Source of the DNA: an uncultured delta proteobacterium | Lineage (GTDB): Bacteria; Myxococcota_A; Polyangia; Fen-1088 | DNA: 64,000 nucleotides | Reading direction: 5' to 3' | Assembly: GCA_963737265.1 (NCBI GenBank) | Contig: CAVTRY010000011.1 | Coordinates: 352,001 to 416,000, forward strand | Shown here: positions 20,115 to 29,426 of the stretch, piece by piece | Position numbering within the stretch: position 1 is the stretch's first letter | Layout of the letters: the number at the start of each line of letters is the position of its first letter | Position numbers and translations under genes: made by a program | Notes under the pieces: generated by a model | What the model was told of the DNA's origin: nothing | Databases searched by the model: none | What the model saw: the letters and a program-made list of their open reading frames with translations, nothing else

Positions 20115-20590
20115 GTCGGAAAGCGATTGAACACAGCGACGGTAATCGGGTCGACCTCGACCGGACGACCTTTGCGGTTGGTCGCGCAGTGGCGTGTGAA
20201 GCCGCGACAGAGGACGACATTCGACTCGGCATGCGTGATGATGTAGTCGAAGTCGACGCGGACCCGTTGCAGCTCGCGAAAGCGCGTGTGGACCCAAATG
20301 GGATCCTCGTACTCGAGCGGACGGAAGAAGTCGAGCCCGAGTTGGAAGATGGGGTAGGCGTAACCGTCGGCTTCGATCTTGCGAAAGGGAAAACCGGCGT
20401 CGCGCAGCAAGGTGGCGCGGCCGAGCTCGAAAAATCGAAAATAGTTCGCGTGATAGACCACGCCCGTGCGGTCGGTGTCCGCGAAGAGAACGCGATGAGA
20501 CACACGATGCCAGACGAGGCCGCCAGCGGCGTCGCGGACGTAGTGGTCGTTCTTCTCGTAGGGCGTCGGCTGAAAATCTGGAGCGCGCAT
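20111..20590 (-). CDS. Acyl-CoA/ACP thioesterase (YbgC/FadM family)
   Basis: RVLFADTDRTGVVYHANYFRFFELGR; ATG at 20590. Confidence 0.88.
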   Translation of the reverse strand: MRAPDFQPTPYEKNDHYVRDAAGGLVWHRVSHRVLFADTDRTGVVYHANYFRFFELGRATLLRDAGFPFRKIEADGYAYPIFQLGLDFFRPLEYEDPIWVHTRFRELQRVRVDFDYIITHAESNVVLCRGFTRHCATNRKGRPVEVDPITVAVFNRFPT

Positions 20591-20595
20591 TTTTC

Positions 20596-21855
20596 TCACA
20601 CACCCCGAAACACGACGCAGCAGTTGGTGCCGCCGAACCCGAAGGAATTGGACAACACGAACTCGTGGCTGTGGGGCCGGCTCGCCGGCACGAAGTCGGC
20701 GCCGTGAAGCTCGGGATCGGGAAGGTAATTGAGCGTGGGCAGGACGACTTGATGCTTGAGCGCCAGGATCGAAAGAACGGCTTCTACGGCCGCCGCGGCA
20801 CCGAGCGAATGGCCAACCTGGCTTTTGTTCGCGGTGATGGGAATTTGCGGCAACCGTGCGCCGAAAATCTCGCGCAGACACGCCACCTCGACCGCGTCGC
20901 CGGTTGGGGTGGAGGTTCCGTGCGCGTTGACGCTGCCGATCGCCGCGGCGTCGATTTCGGCGTCCGCCAAGGCGTCGACGATGGCCCGGACGATGGTCGG
21001 TTGATTGGGGCGGGTGAAGTGGTGCGCGTCCGACGTCCAGCCGATGCCGGCGATCTCGGCGCTCGCGCTTAGGCCATGCGCGGAAACGACTTCGTCGGCA
21101 GCCAGCACCACCGCCGCTGCTCCTTCGGCCAGCACGAACCCCCGGCGATCGAGGCTGAACGGTCGCGATGCCTGCCTGGGGTCGGCGAAGGCCCGATCGG
21201 TCGGGCGCAGTTTGAAGCTGGCGTTCATGTTGGCGAAGCCGAGCACGATCTCGGTGACGAGAGGCATTTCGACGCCGCCAACGATGGCGACGTCCACATC
21301 CCCATCGCGAACCATGCGCGCACCCAAGGCGATGGCGTGGTTGCCCGACGCACACGCACCCTGGGGCGAAAAAATAGGGCCGGTGAATCCCAAGACCGCG
21401 CCCGCCTTGCCGGCTGGAACGTTGGCGCAGATGTTGGGCAAGAGAAACGGGCTAACGCCGTTGGCGCCGATGCTCTGGAAGCGCAGGAATGCCTCGCGCA
21501 GGCAATCCGATCCATTGATTGCCGATCCGATGAGACAAGCGGTACGCCGACCGATTTTGCCGTCCATCGCGAGCCTGGCGTCGGCGAGCGCATCCTGACA
21601 AATCGCGACGGTCGCAAGGACGTAGGCTGCGTTCCAATTGTGCCGCTCCTTGGGCGTATCGAAGGCGTGGCGCGCCTTGTTTCGCTCCGGAATCTCTCCG
21701 ACGATCATGGGTGAACCGACCGAACAGCGCGAAAGCTCGCGAAACCCCGCTTCGTTGGCGACCGCGCGACGCCAGGTCGTCTCCGTGTCCGCGCCGAGAG
21801 CGGTGGCGGCCGCCTGGCCGACAACGAAGACACGACGATTTCTAGGTGATTTCAT
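20596..21855 (-). CDS. Beta-ketoacyl-ACP synthase (FabF-like)
   Basis: Cys-His-His triad: GACASG, AHGTSTPTGD, KSQVGHSLGA; NSFGFGGTN. Confidence 0.92.
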   Translation of the reverse strand: MKSPRNRRVFVVGQAAATALGADTETTWRRAVANEAGFRELSRCSVGSPMIVGEIPERNKARHAFDTPKERHNWNAAYVLATVAICQDALADARLAMDGKIGRRTACLIGSAINGSDCLREAFLRFQSIGANGVSPFLLPNICANVPAGKAGAVLGFTGPIFSPQGACASGNHAIALGARMVRDGDVDVAIVGGVEMPLVTEIVLGFANMNASFKLRPTDRAFADPRQASRPFSLDRRGFVLAEGAAAVVLAADEVVSAHGLSASAEIAGIGWTSDAHHFTRPNQPTIVRAIVDALADAEIDAAAIGSVNAHGTSTPTGDAVEVACLREIFGARLPQIPITANKSQVGHSLGAAAAVEAVLSILALKHQVVLPTLNYLPDPELHGADFVPASRPHSHEFVLSNSFGFGGTNCCVVFRGV

Positions 21856-22050
21856 GCAAGGGTTGGGTTGTGGGCCGCCGCCAGACTGGCTACGCGGCGC
21901 GGACCAACTTGCGACAAGCTCGCCCGCTTGCCGATTCTATGGCACGCCATCAACCGATTCCGCAAGGTCTGCGTGTGGCGGAAGCGCGCGCGATTGACGG
22001 GAAGAAAGCGGGCGTGGTAGTCCGAGGTCGCACGTCTCGAAGTGCTGACA

Positions 22051-22308
22051 ATGGATCACACCACGGCTTACCAGCTCATCGTCGAGTACCTGTCGCAGCG
22101 GTTTGGCGTTCCAGTCGAGAAAATCGCGCCTGAATCGAAGATGTTCGACGATCTCGGTCTCGACAGCATCGACGCGCTCGACATGCTGGCGCTTCTCGAC
22201 AAACAGTACCGCGTCAAGGTGAACGAGCAGGCCCGGAAAATTCGCACGGTCGAGGACGCGGTCCAGTACGTGCTGGCGAATCTGCCGGAGAACTCCGCGC
22301 CGCCCTAA
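22051..22308 (+). CDS. Acyl carrier protein
   Basis: DDLGLDSIDALD phosphopantetheine Ser motif, IRTVEDAV. Confidence 0.92.
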   Translation: MDHTTAYQLIVEYLSQRFGVPVEKIAPESKMFDDLGLDSIDALDMLALLDKQYRVKVNEQARKIRTVEDAVQYVLANLPENSAPP

Positions 22309-24041
22309 TGTCTGGCCTGCGACCGACGCTGGAGTTTCGTCGGGGCGAGGAGCTTGTCGCGCACGCCGTGGCAGCGCGGGACGCGATCTGGTTTCAGGGT
22401 CACTTTCCGGGGACGCCGTTGCTGCCAGGCGTGGCACTGCTGGCGCTGGTCGACCAAACGCTGTCGCTCTTTTGGGGCGAGGCCGGCGCGCCTCCGGTTG
22501 CGGTGTGCGCGTTCCGTCGCATACGGTTTCGGCAGCGGGTCGTGCCCGGAACAAATCTGCGGGTCCGCGCGCGGCGTGTGCAAGCCAATCGGATTCGCTT
22601 TGCGGTCGAGGTCGCCGGACTGCCGGCCTGCACCGGCGAGTGCGAGGTAGTGACGCCCGCAGCCACGAGCCACGCTCCTCTCGCTCACGGGCTGTACGCG
22701 CCGTGGGCTTTGCGCGCGGACCGAGGCGAGACCGCCTTTTCCTCCGACGGCACGACATTCGGTACCGTGGCGGCGCGCGCGGCTGGATTGTGCTTGCTCG
22801 CGGTGCCGAGCGGGCCGCCTGTCCGCGTTTGCGTGGCATCCGAGGACAGAGTCGACGTCGCCGCGGCCGTGTTGGCGGCCTTGGCAGGCGGAATTGAAGC
22901 GGTATTTCCGTCCGCTCTGGCGCCAGAGGCGCTGCTGGCCACGTTCGCTGCCCGCCGTTTTTCCCACTGGATTGGGCCTTTCGAATGGTCGGCCAACACG
23001 GCCGGCGTTTCGGCTGTTCGAATCGACACGGCCGTGCTGTCCGGGTCCTGGCGCTCCCTGAGCTTAGATGAGCTAGACGTTCCGCGCGTGTTCCTGCAGA
23101 CCGGCGGCTCGACCGGCCAGCCGCGGCTTTGGCAAAAGACCGCCCGCAATCTCCTCGGCGAGGTGTTCTTCCACGTGCATGGTTTGCAAGTCGGGCCGGG
23201 CGACCACGTCCTTGCAACGGTCCCACCGCACCACATCTACGGGTTGCTGTTCTCGGTCCTGCTACCGCTGTTTTCTGGCGCCACGGTCGAACGCGTTTCG
23301 CCGTTTTTTCCGCGTGAAATCGCCGAGCACATCGAGAAAACGGCCGCAACTATTCTGGTCAGCACGCCGACGCACCTGCGAGCGCTGGCCGCGGCACCGC
23401 CGTCGACACATCATCTTCGGCTGGTGCTGTCGTCCGGCGCGCCGCTTGCGGAGGCGGATTCGGCCGGCTTTTTCGCGCGCACCGGGTTGTGGCCATTGGA
23501 AGTCTACGGATCGACGGAGACGGGTGGCATCGCCGTGCGCCGGCAGGATCTCGCTGATTCCGCCTGGGCGCCGTTGCCGGGCGTGGATTGCCGCGCTGAG
23601 GGCGAGGCACTTGCCGTGCGCTCGCCGTATGTGTCGAGCGGCACCCGGCGGGATGCCGACGGATTCTTTCGCGTGGCGGATCTCGCCAACATTCGCCCCG
23701 ACGGTCGGTTCGACTTGCTTGGGCGCGACGACGGCGTGGTCAAGGTTGGAGGGAAGCGGGTTGAGCTGCCAGCCATCGAAAAGGCGATCCTCTCGCTCAA
23801 CAATGTCGGCGATGCCGTGGTGATGGCGCTTCCGTCTGAATCGGGCCGCGGTCAGGAAATCGTGGCGCTGGTGGTGTCTCGGCGCCCTGCCGAAGAAATC
23901 CTACCCGAGCTGCGCGCCCGGCTGCCGCCACCGTCGTGGCCGCGCCGGTTGCGATGTGTCGACTCGATTCCGACGACGCCTTCAGGGAAGCGGGATCGCG
24001 CCGCCATTTTGCGCATTCTGGACGCGATAGTGGGCGATTAG
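22308..24041 (+). CDS. Fusion of FabZ/ApeI-like hotdog dehydratase and AMP-binding acyl-CoA/ACP ligase
   Basis: N-terminal WFQGHFPGTPLLPGV; ligase motifs TGGSTGQPR, VPPHHIYG, YGSTETGG, GRDDGVVKVGGKRV, TPSGK. Confidence 0.88.
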   Translation: MSGLRPTLEFRRGEELVAHAVAARDAIWFQGHFPGTPLLPGVALLALVDQTLSLFWGEAGAPPVAVCAFRRIRFRQRVVPGTNLRVRARRVQANRIRFAVEVAGLPACTGECEVVTPAATSHAPLAHGLYAPWALRADRGETAFSSDGTTFGTVAARAAGLCLLAVPSGPPVRVCVASEDRVDVAAAVLAALAGGIEAVFPSALAPEALLATFAARRFSHWIGPFEWSANTAGVSAVRIDTAVLSGSWRSLSLDELDVPRVFLQTGGSTGQPRLWQKTARNLLGEVFFHVHGLQVGPGDHVLATVPPHHIYGLLFSVLLPLFSGATVERVSPFFPREIAEHIEKTAATILVSTPTHLRALAAAPPSTHHLRLVLSSGAPLAEADSAGFFARTGLWPLEVYGSTETGGIAVRRQDLADSAWAPLPGVDCRAEGEALAVRSPYVSSGTRRDADGFFRVADLANIRPDGRFDLLGRDDGVVKVGGKRVELPAIEKAILSLNNVGDAVVMALPSESGRGQEIVALVVSRRPAEEILPELRARLPPPSWPRRLRCVDSIPTTPSGKRDRAAILRILDAIVGD

Positions 24042-24056
24042 GAAGGCGCGCCGGAC

Positions 24057-24437
24057 TTGCTCGTTCGCCCCGATGCCGACAAATCCTTCCGCCAGAGACT
24101 GCGGCGCACACGCTTGGTGCAATCAGCGTTGCGCGAGCCCATCGATCCATCGCTGTTTGGGCGACCACCAGCGCGAGTCATCGCTGGCCTGATCCTGATC
24201 GGCGCAAGCTACCTAGTCGGTTGGCCCGCCATCGCCGCGTTGGGCGCGATCGCCGCTTGGACAGGTCGCCCCAAGCTCCTCTTGGGCGGACCTGCTCTCT
24301 ACGGGCTATCGTGGATCGTATTCGCGGTTGGCGTTGCCTTCGTGGGAAGCAGGTCCTTGCACTCGGGACGCGCCTTCGGGTTGCTGTTGATACGACGGTT
24401 GGCCGAAAAGTACCTGCCTGGACAAGAAGGCCGCTAA
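24057..24437 (+). CDS. Small membrane protein
   Basis: Two or three hydrophobic segments (GLILIGASYLVGWPAI, LYGLSWIVFAVG); directly follows the ligase. Confidence 0.6.
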   Translation: MLVRPDADKSFRQRLRRTRLVQSALREPIDPSLFGRPPARVIAGLILIGASYLVGWPAIAALGAIAAWTGRPKLLLGGPALYGLSWIVFAVGVAFVGSRSLHSGRAFGLLLIRRLAEKYLPGQEGR

Positions 24438-24494
24438 GATATGGCAGCGAAATTGCTTCGTGTTGACAAAGAGAATTCGGTGAGGGAACGATTT

Positions 24495-25502
24495 ATGAAA
24501 AGAAGAAGTTCGATCTTGGTGTCCATGGTTGTGCTCGCTCACCTGTCGCCCGCTCAGGCCCAGCCGCCATCAGTGGCGGTGATGCCCGTTCAGGGCGTGA
24601 ATCTTACTGAGGGGCAGGGCGACGCCATCGGTGTCCTCTTCGCCAATGCCTTCGCTCGCGAGGCCAACGTCACCGTGGCTTCGCCAGTCGAAACCAAGCA
24701 AACCCTGCAGCAGAGCAAGACGTCGCTGGCGGCTGCGAGGCAATTGGGGGCCTTCGAGTACATCGAGTTGAGGGCCATCCAACTTGGCACGAGAGTCACC
24801 GTGGCCGGTATCCGCTACACGAAGGACGGCCGTGAGCTATATCGCGCGGAAACCGCCGCGCCGAGCCTGGACGACATGGAGATGGCAACCGCCCGGCTGG
24901 CGCGCGCTCTCGCGTGGCGGCAGGCAATCGTCGGCGAACAGGTCACCGGTGTCGCCGGAGCTTCCGTTCCGGCCATGCCTCCCGAGATGAAGTCATACCC
25001 AAACGCGTCTGGCATCAAAACGGGACTTATATTTCCCATGGCCTCGGGCAGATCCATTTCTCCGATGATGTCGCTGCAATTCGACGGGCGGGTTGGAACC
25101 AGGGACTACTTCATTGAGTATGGCGCTGGCGCGGCTGTTCCCACCGATACCGAATCCAATTCCAATACCATCCAGATGGGTGGGGTATTCGCAGAAATCG
25201 GTGGAAGCGTCTACTTGTCCGATGGCAGTATCGCTCCCTATGTCGGTGGCGGCGTTTCGCCGCGAATTTGGGGAGCCACCAATTCGAGCAGTTCCGACGG
25301 GGGAGGTGCCCGGTGCGCTCTTTTTGGCCATTTGGGACTTACCTTTACGCGCGATATTCGAGCAAGAATCTACGCCGAGTTGCGTGTGTCCCAGAACATC
25401 ATTGGATTCTCAAGCCAGGTCACGAACTCGGACAATATTTCGACGCCCACGGGGAGCTATTATCCAACGGAGCTCGCAATGCAATTTGGAATTGGTTGGT
25501 AG
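24495..25502 (+). CDS. Exported protein with probable C-terminal outer-membrane beta-barrel
   Basis: Signal peptide (AQA), SVAVMPV domain, APYVGGGV strand, C-terminal aromatic residue (MQFGIGW). Confidence 0.65.
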   Translation: MKRRSSILVSMVVLAHLSPAQAQPPSVAVMPVQGVNLTEGQGDAIGVLFANAFAREANVTVASPVETKQTLQQSKTSLAAARQLGAFEYIELRAIQLGTRVTVAGIRYTKDGRELYRAETAAPSLDDMEMATARLARALAWRQAIVGEQVTGVAGASVPAMPPEMKSYPNASGIKTGLIFPMASGRSISPMMSLQFDGRVGTRDYFIEYGAGAAVPTDTESNSNTIQMGGVFAEIGGSVYLSDGSIAPYVGGGVSPRIWGATNSSSSDGGGARCALFGHLGLTFTRDIRARIYAELRVSQNIIGFSSQVTNSDNISTPTGSYYPTELAMQFGIGW

Positions 25503-25593
25503 CCTCGGCCGAGCACGCACGCCCGCGTGCAACCGCCCCGATGGTCTATGGTCAACGATCTTGGGGTCGCGGAGGGCGACCACCGCCAGTGTG

Positions 25594-28500
25594 CTATTGC
25601 TTGCGCGCTCGGCGCCGGCCACGCCAGAACAGGGCGATGGCGCCCAGCGCGAGCGAAAAAGTCAACGTTGTCCCCAGTCCAGGGGCTGCTTGCCCGAGCG
25701 AACAACCGCAACCCGAATTGCGCAGGTGCGTGGCCCCGCCAGTACCCGTCGAGGTGCCCGCTAGCGTACCCCCCGAGCCACCGGTCGGAATACCTCCCAA
25801 TCCGCCACCCGCGCCGCCCTTTCCACCGCCGACTCCGCCGGTGGCATAGGCGCCACCAGCAGCATGGGTGCTGCCGCCAGTGACGACCCATGTGGTGCCG
25901 CCAGAGGCGATGAAGGTGGTTCCGCCCACAACATAAGTGGTGCCGGTGATATTGGTGCCGCCAGTGGGATAGACATAGCCGCCAGTGGGATAGACATAGC
26001 CGCCAGTGGGATAGACATAGCCGCCAGTGGGATAGACATAGCCGCCAGTGGGATAGACATAGCCGCCAGTGGGATAGACATAGCCACCGCTGCCGCCCGT
26101 ATTGCAGTAAGGGCTGTATCCGGAAACAAAGCACGTGCCCATTCCGTCGCACACCGAGCACCCTCCGCACGAGCTTCCGTAGGCAGGGTAGGCGCACGCG
26201 CCGACGCCGTCACAAGTGGCGCCGCAAACTCCAGTGCTTAGGCCGCATTCCTTCTCCGGATCGGTGCCGGCCTTGTAGGCCGAGCATCTGCCGGCGAGGC
26301 CAGCCTGGTCGCACGACAGGCATTGTCCGTTGCAGGCGGTGTTGCAACACACGCCGTCCGCGCAGAAGCCCGACGCGCAGGTGCTGGCGCTCGTACAGGC
26401 CGTGCCGTTCATGGTCTTGCAGGCGCCCTTGCCGTCGCATGCCTGGCCGCTCGAACAGCTACCCGCAACTTCGGTGCCGGCCGCCGCCGCCACGCATGTC
26501 CCTTCTTGACCGCTGACGTTGCACGATTGGCAAGCCCCCGCGCAGGTCGCCGATCCGCAGCACACTCCCTCGACGCAATTGCCGGAGGCACACAGGGATG
26601 CGGAAGCGGACGAGCATCCCTCGCCATTGCCGAGGTTGGTAACCGAGTATTCCCAGGTCTCGTCGGTGCTAAGGCCATTGGTGTTGCCGCCGTACATGAC
26701 GACAACACCGCGGCCCTTGTCGAATGCCAAAGCGGCGTTGGCGCGCGACGAAGGAACGGTCGCGAGATTGCGCACGTACCAGGTCGGCCCCTTGGCATCC
26801 AGTTCCCAGGTCTCACGGCTGGCTGCGGACGAAATCACCGGATTGACGGCGTCGGTGTAGAAAACCTCCCGTCGTCGGACGGAGTCATAGGTCACATAAG
26901 CCGACGTGTTGTAGTCGAGATAGTCGCCCGAGTCACGCAACACCCAACCGGTCGAGGTGGGATCCCACTCCCAGAACGCACTGCCGCTGGTGCCGCCGAT
27001 GTAGGGGGGTAGTTTGCTCGTCGTCGTGCCATCGAACAGGAAAATCTTCTGTCTGCCTTCGTCGTACGCCATGATCGGGAACTCTCGGGTCGAAGGAGAG
27101 GACGAGGTGGCCGGTGGCGTTCGGTTTGTCCACGTGGACTTGGAACCATCCCACTCCCAGACATCGTTGCGCAGCGGATCTTGGTAGATGCCGGTGGTTG
27201 GGAAACCAGGGTAGCCATAAATCGAATTGTTCTGGGTCATGCCGCCGAACAGAAGGATCTTGTTTCGAGCGGTGTCCGTGACCATGCCGTGGCCGAACCT
27301 GGCATCTGGCATGATAGTCGGAAAGAGCTGCGTCCACTTGCGCGTCGTGGAATTCCATTCCCACGTGTCGCTGTAGACCGAGGCGGAATACGAGCTGTAG
27401 ATATTTTGGCCGCCGAACAGAATAAGAGACTTGCGTGCTGGATCGTAGGCAAGGCCGGCGTCCATGCGGGCAGGCGGTTTTGCGTCGGCCGTGACCTCGG
27501 ACCACTTGGTGCCGTCCCACTCCCACAAATTGTCGTGAACGACGTACGTGTTGTCGAGGCCGCCGAATAGATAGACCTTGCCGGTGTCGGGGCAATAGGC
27601 CATGGCGTGATCGGTAAGACGGCCGGGCGAATTGAGCGCAGCCGAGCGATTGGTGAAGGCAGGCGTGACGGGCTCGAGCTCCCATACCTCTTTCGAGGCG
27701 ACGTTGGTGTAATAGCCGCCCGGGCCGACGATGATCGGGGGAAGAATCGGCAGGTAGGTGACAGCGCCGCCAGCGCCGCCGTAGTAATAGCCGCCCGTGC
27801 CGTAGCCGCCGAAGTACGTCGTGGAATTGACCATCCCTGCCACCAATTCCAATCGTCCAGCGCTGTCGTTCGAAACCAGCGAGGCATAGATGCGCGGGCT
27901 GGGCAGGTTGGCCTCGGTGCCGGTCAGCCTCTGCGTCCACGCCGCGGTCGTGGGATCCCAATCCCACAAATCGTCGAGGTAGCCGCCGGTGTTGACGTCC
28001 CAACCGCCAAACACGACCAACTTGCCGCGACTACCTTCGAAGGCGGCGGCCTGGCCCCAGCGCGGGCTCGGCTTGGTGCCGGTCGCTGTCCGCTCATTCC
28101 ACGTCCCCGCCGCGGGATCCCATTCCCACGTGTCTTGCTTGGGAATTCCGTCGACAGTTGCGTCGTCCTTTTGCATGCCGCCAAAGAGCACGGCGAGATT
28201 CCGCGTGCTGTCCCACACCATGGAGGCGTCGTATCGCCCGGCCGGGCCAGCGGTCACTGTTTGCTGCGACCACGCGCCGGTCGTGGCGTCCCATTCCCAC
28301 GTGTCGCCGAAGGAAAGCGACATGCTAAGCCCGGAGGTGTCGCCGTTGGTGCTGCGACCGCCGCCGAAAAGCAGAACCTTGCCCGTGCTCTTCTCAAAGA
28401 CCATGCTGCCCTGGCAACGTGAGCTCGGTACCGTGCCGGCGGTGGTCCGATCCGTCCACGCTCCGGTCGTGGGATCCCACTCCCAGGTGTCCTGATAGTT

Positions 28501-28917
28501 GTAGCCGCTGCCGGCCCGGCCCCCGAACAGCACGAACTTGTTGCGTGTGGAATCGAAAACCAATCCGGCCCCCGATCTGCCCGCCGGCTTGGTTCCGGCC
28601 GGGGTTCTATCCGTCCACGCGCCGGTCGTCGGCGACCACTCCCACAATTCCTGTCGTGGCGTGGGCGAGGCGTTGCTGGGCACCGCAAGGCCACCAAACA
28701 TGACCAGGACTTTGCGGGTTTCGTCGAAGGCCGCCGATTGCAAATAGCGTTCGTCGGGAGAGTTGCTTGCGCCGACCTTGTTCCAGGTGGCGACCTCGCT
28801 GGCCGGGACCTTACCTAGCGCCTGGCGTGGTGAGACTGGCTTCGTCGTCGGCGGATCGGCCTGCGTGCAGGTCGCAAGAAATAGAAGCGAGGCGAGTGCG
28901 CCATTGCGTGGTTTCAT
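25594..28917 (-). CDS. Surface Kelch-repeat protein with Cys-rich repeats and MYXO-CTERM-like tail
   Basis: About 12 LFGG...DTWEWD repeats, CASGFCADGVCC repeats, GGYVYPT x6, SGCGCS + TM + RRR; likely ATG 28917. Confidence 0.88.
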   Translation of the reverse strand: MKPRNGALASLLFLATCTQADPPTTKPVSPRQALGKVPASEVATWNKVGASNSPDERYLQSAAFDETRKVLVMFGGLAVPSNASPTPRQELWEWSPTTGAWTDRTPAGTKPAGRSGAGLVFDSTRNKFVLFGGRAGSGYNYQDTWEWDPTTGAWTDRTTAGTVPSSRCQGSMVFEKSTGKVLLFGGGRSTNGDTSGLSMSLSFGDTWEWDATTGAWSQQTVTAGPAGRYDASMVWDSTRNLAVLFGGMQKDDATVDGIPKQDTWEWDPAAGTWNERTATGTKPSPRWGQAAAFEGSRGKLVVFGGWDVNTGGYLDDLWDWDPTTAAWTQRLTGTEANLPSPRIYASLVSNDSAGRLELVAGMVNSTTYFGGYGTGGYYYGGAGGAVTYLPILPPIIVGPGGYYTNVASKEVWELEPVTPAFTNRSAALNSPGRLTDHAMAYCPDTGKVYLFGGLDNTYVVHDNLWEWDGTKWSEVTADAKPPARMDAGLAYDPARKSLILFGGQNIYSSYSASVYSDTWEWNSTTRKWTQLFPTIMPDARFGHGMVTDTARNKILLFGGMTQNNSIYGYPGFPTTGIYQDPLRNDVWEWDGSKSTWTNRTPPATSSSPSTREFPIMAYDEGRQKIFLFDGTTTSKLPPYIGGTSGSAFWEWDPTSTGWVLRDSGDYLDYNTSAYVTYDSVRRREVFYTDAVNPVISSAASRETWELDAKGPTWYVRNLATVPSSRANAALAFDKGRGVVVMYGGNTNGLSTDETWEYSVTNLGNGEGCSSASASLCASGNCVEGVCCGSATCAGACQSCNVSGQEGTCVAAAAGTEVAGSCSSGQACDGKGACKTMNGTACTSASTCASGFCADGVCCNTACNGQCLSCDQAGLAGRCSAYKAGTDPEKECGLSTGVCGATCDGVGACAYPAYGSSCGGCSVCDGMGTCFVSGYSPYCNTGGSGGYVYPTGGYVYPTGGYVYPTGGYVYPTGGYVYPTGGYVYPTGGTNITGTTYVVGGTTFIASGGTTWVVTGGSTHAAGGAYATGGVGGGKGGAGGGLGGIPTGGSGGTLAGTSTGTGGATHLRNSGCGCSLGQAAPGLGTTLTFSLALGAIALFWRGRRRARKQ
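25957..26082. repeat. Perfect 21-bp tandem repeat x6 (coding VNTR, GGYVYPT)
   Basis: gccgccagtgggatagacata repeated six times without mismatch. Confidence 0.95.
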
Positions 28918-29426
28918 GTTGGTCTCCTCTAATGAAAGTAGGTTCAGTTGAAAGCAAAGGGCACGCCACGTCGAAGGACGCAAAGGGCGACCTCCGGCGG
29001 ACTTCCCTGGTGAAAATTCAGATACGGACCGACAGTTGTGTCGCGCTTGCGTCTTTGCGACGACAACCGGCGGGTCGCTCCTCATCATCTCCAGCGCCAC
29101 GGCGGTGCAGTCTATCAGCTTTGCCTAAAACACAAGCGGTGTCACCTTCAACGCCATCGTCGCGACTAGCAGGCGTGCAGAAACTCGGAGCCGAAAAAAT
29201 AGCGCCCTCTCGTTGACTCGTGAACTAATCACGAGGAAAAAATGCGAACATAGTGTTGCTGGCAGCTGGCAAATGGATTCTCAAGTCCGCCGCAGTCGCG
29301 GCTTGGGCTCCGGCCTCGTTCTGGTGACGCTGGTCACGCTCGCGCCTTCGTCCGCCGCCACCCGCGGCGTACTTCAGGGCGCCGCGTGGAATTGCGGCGC
29401 CGACGAATACACGCCATAAGAAGGAC

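Noticed and set aside
25957-26082. Possible CRISPR or iteron repeat
   Set aside because: Contiguous in-frame coding repeat without spacers
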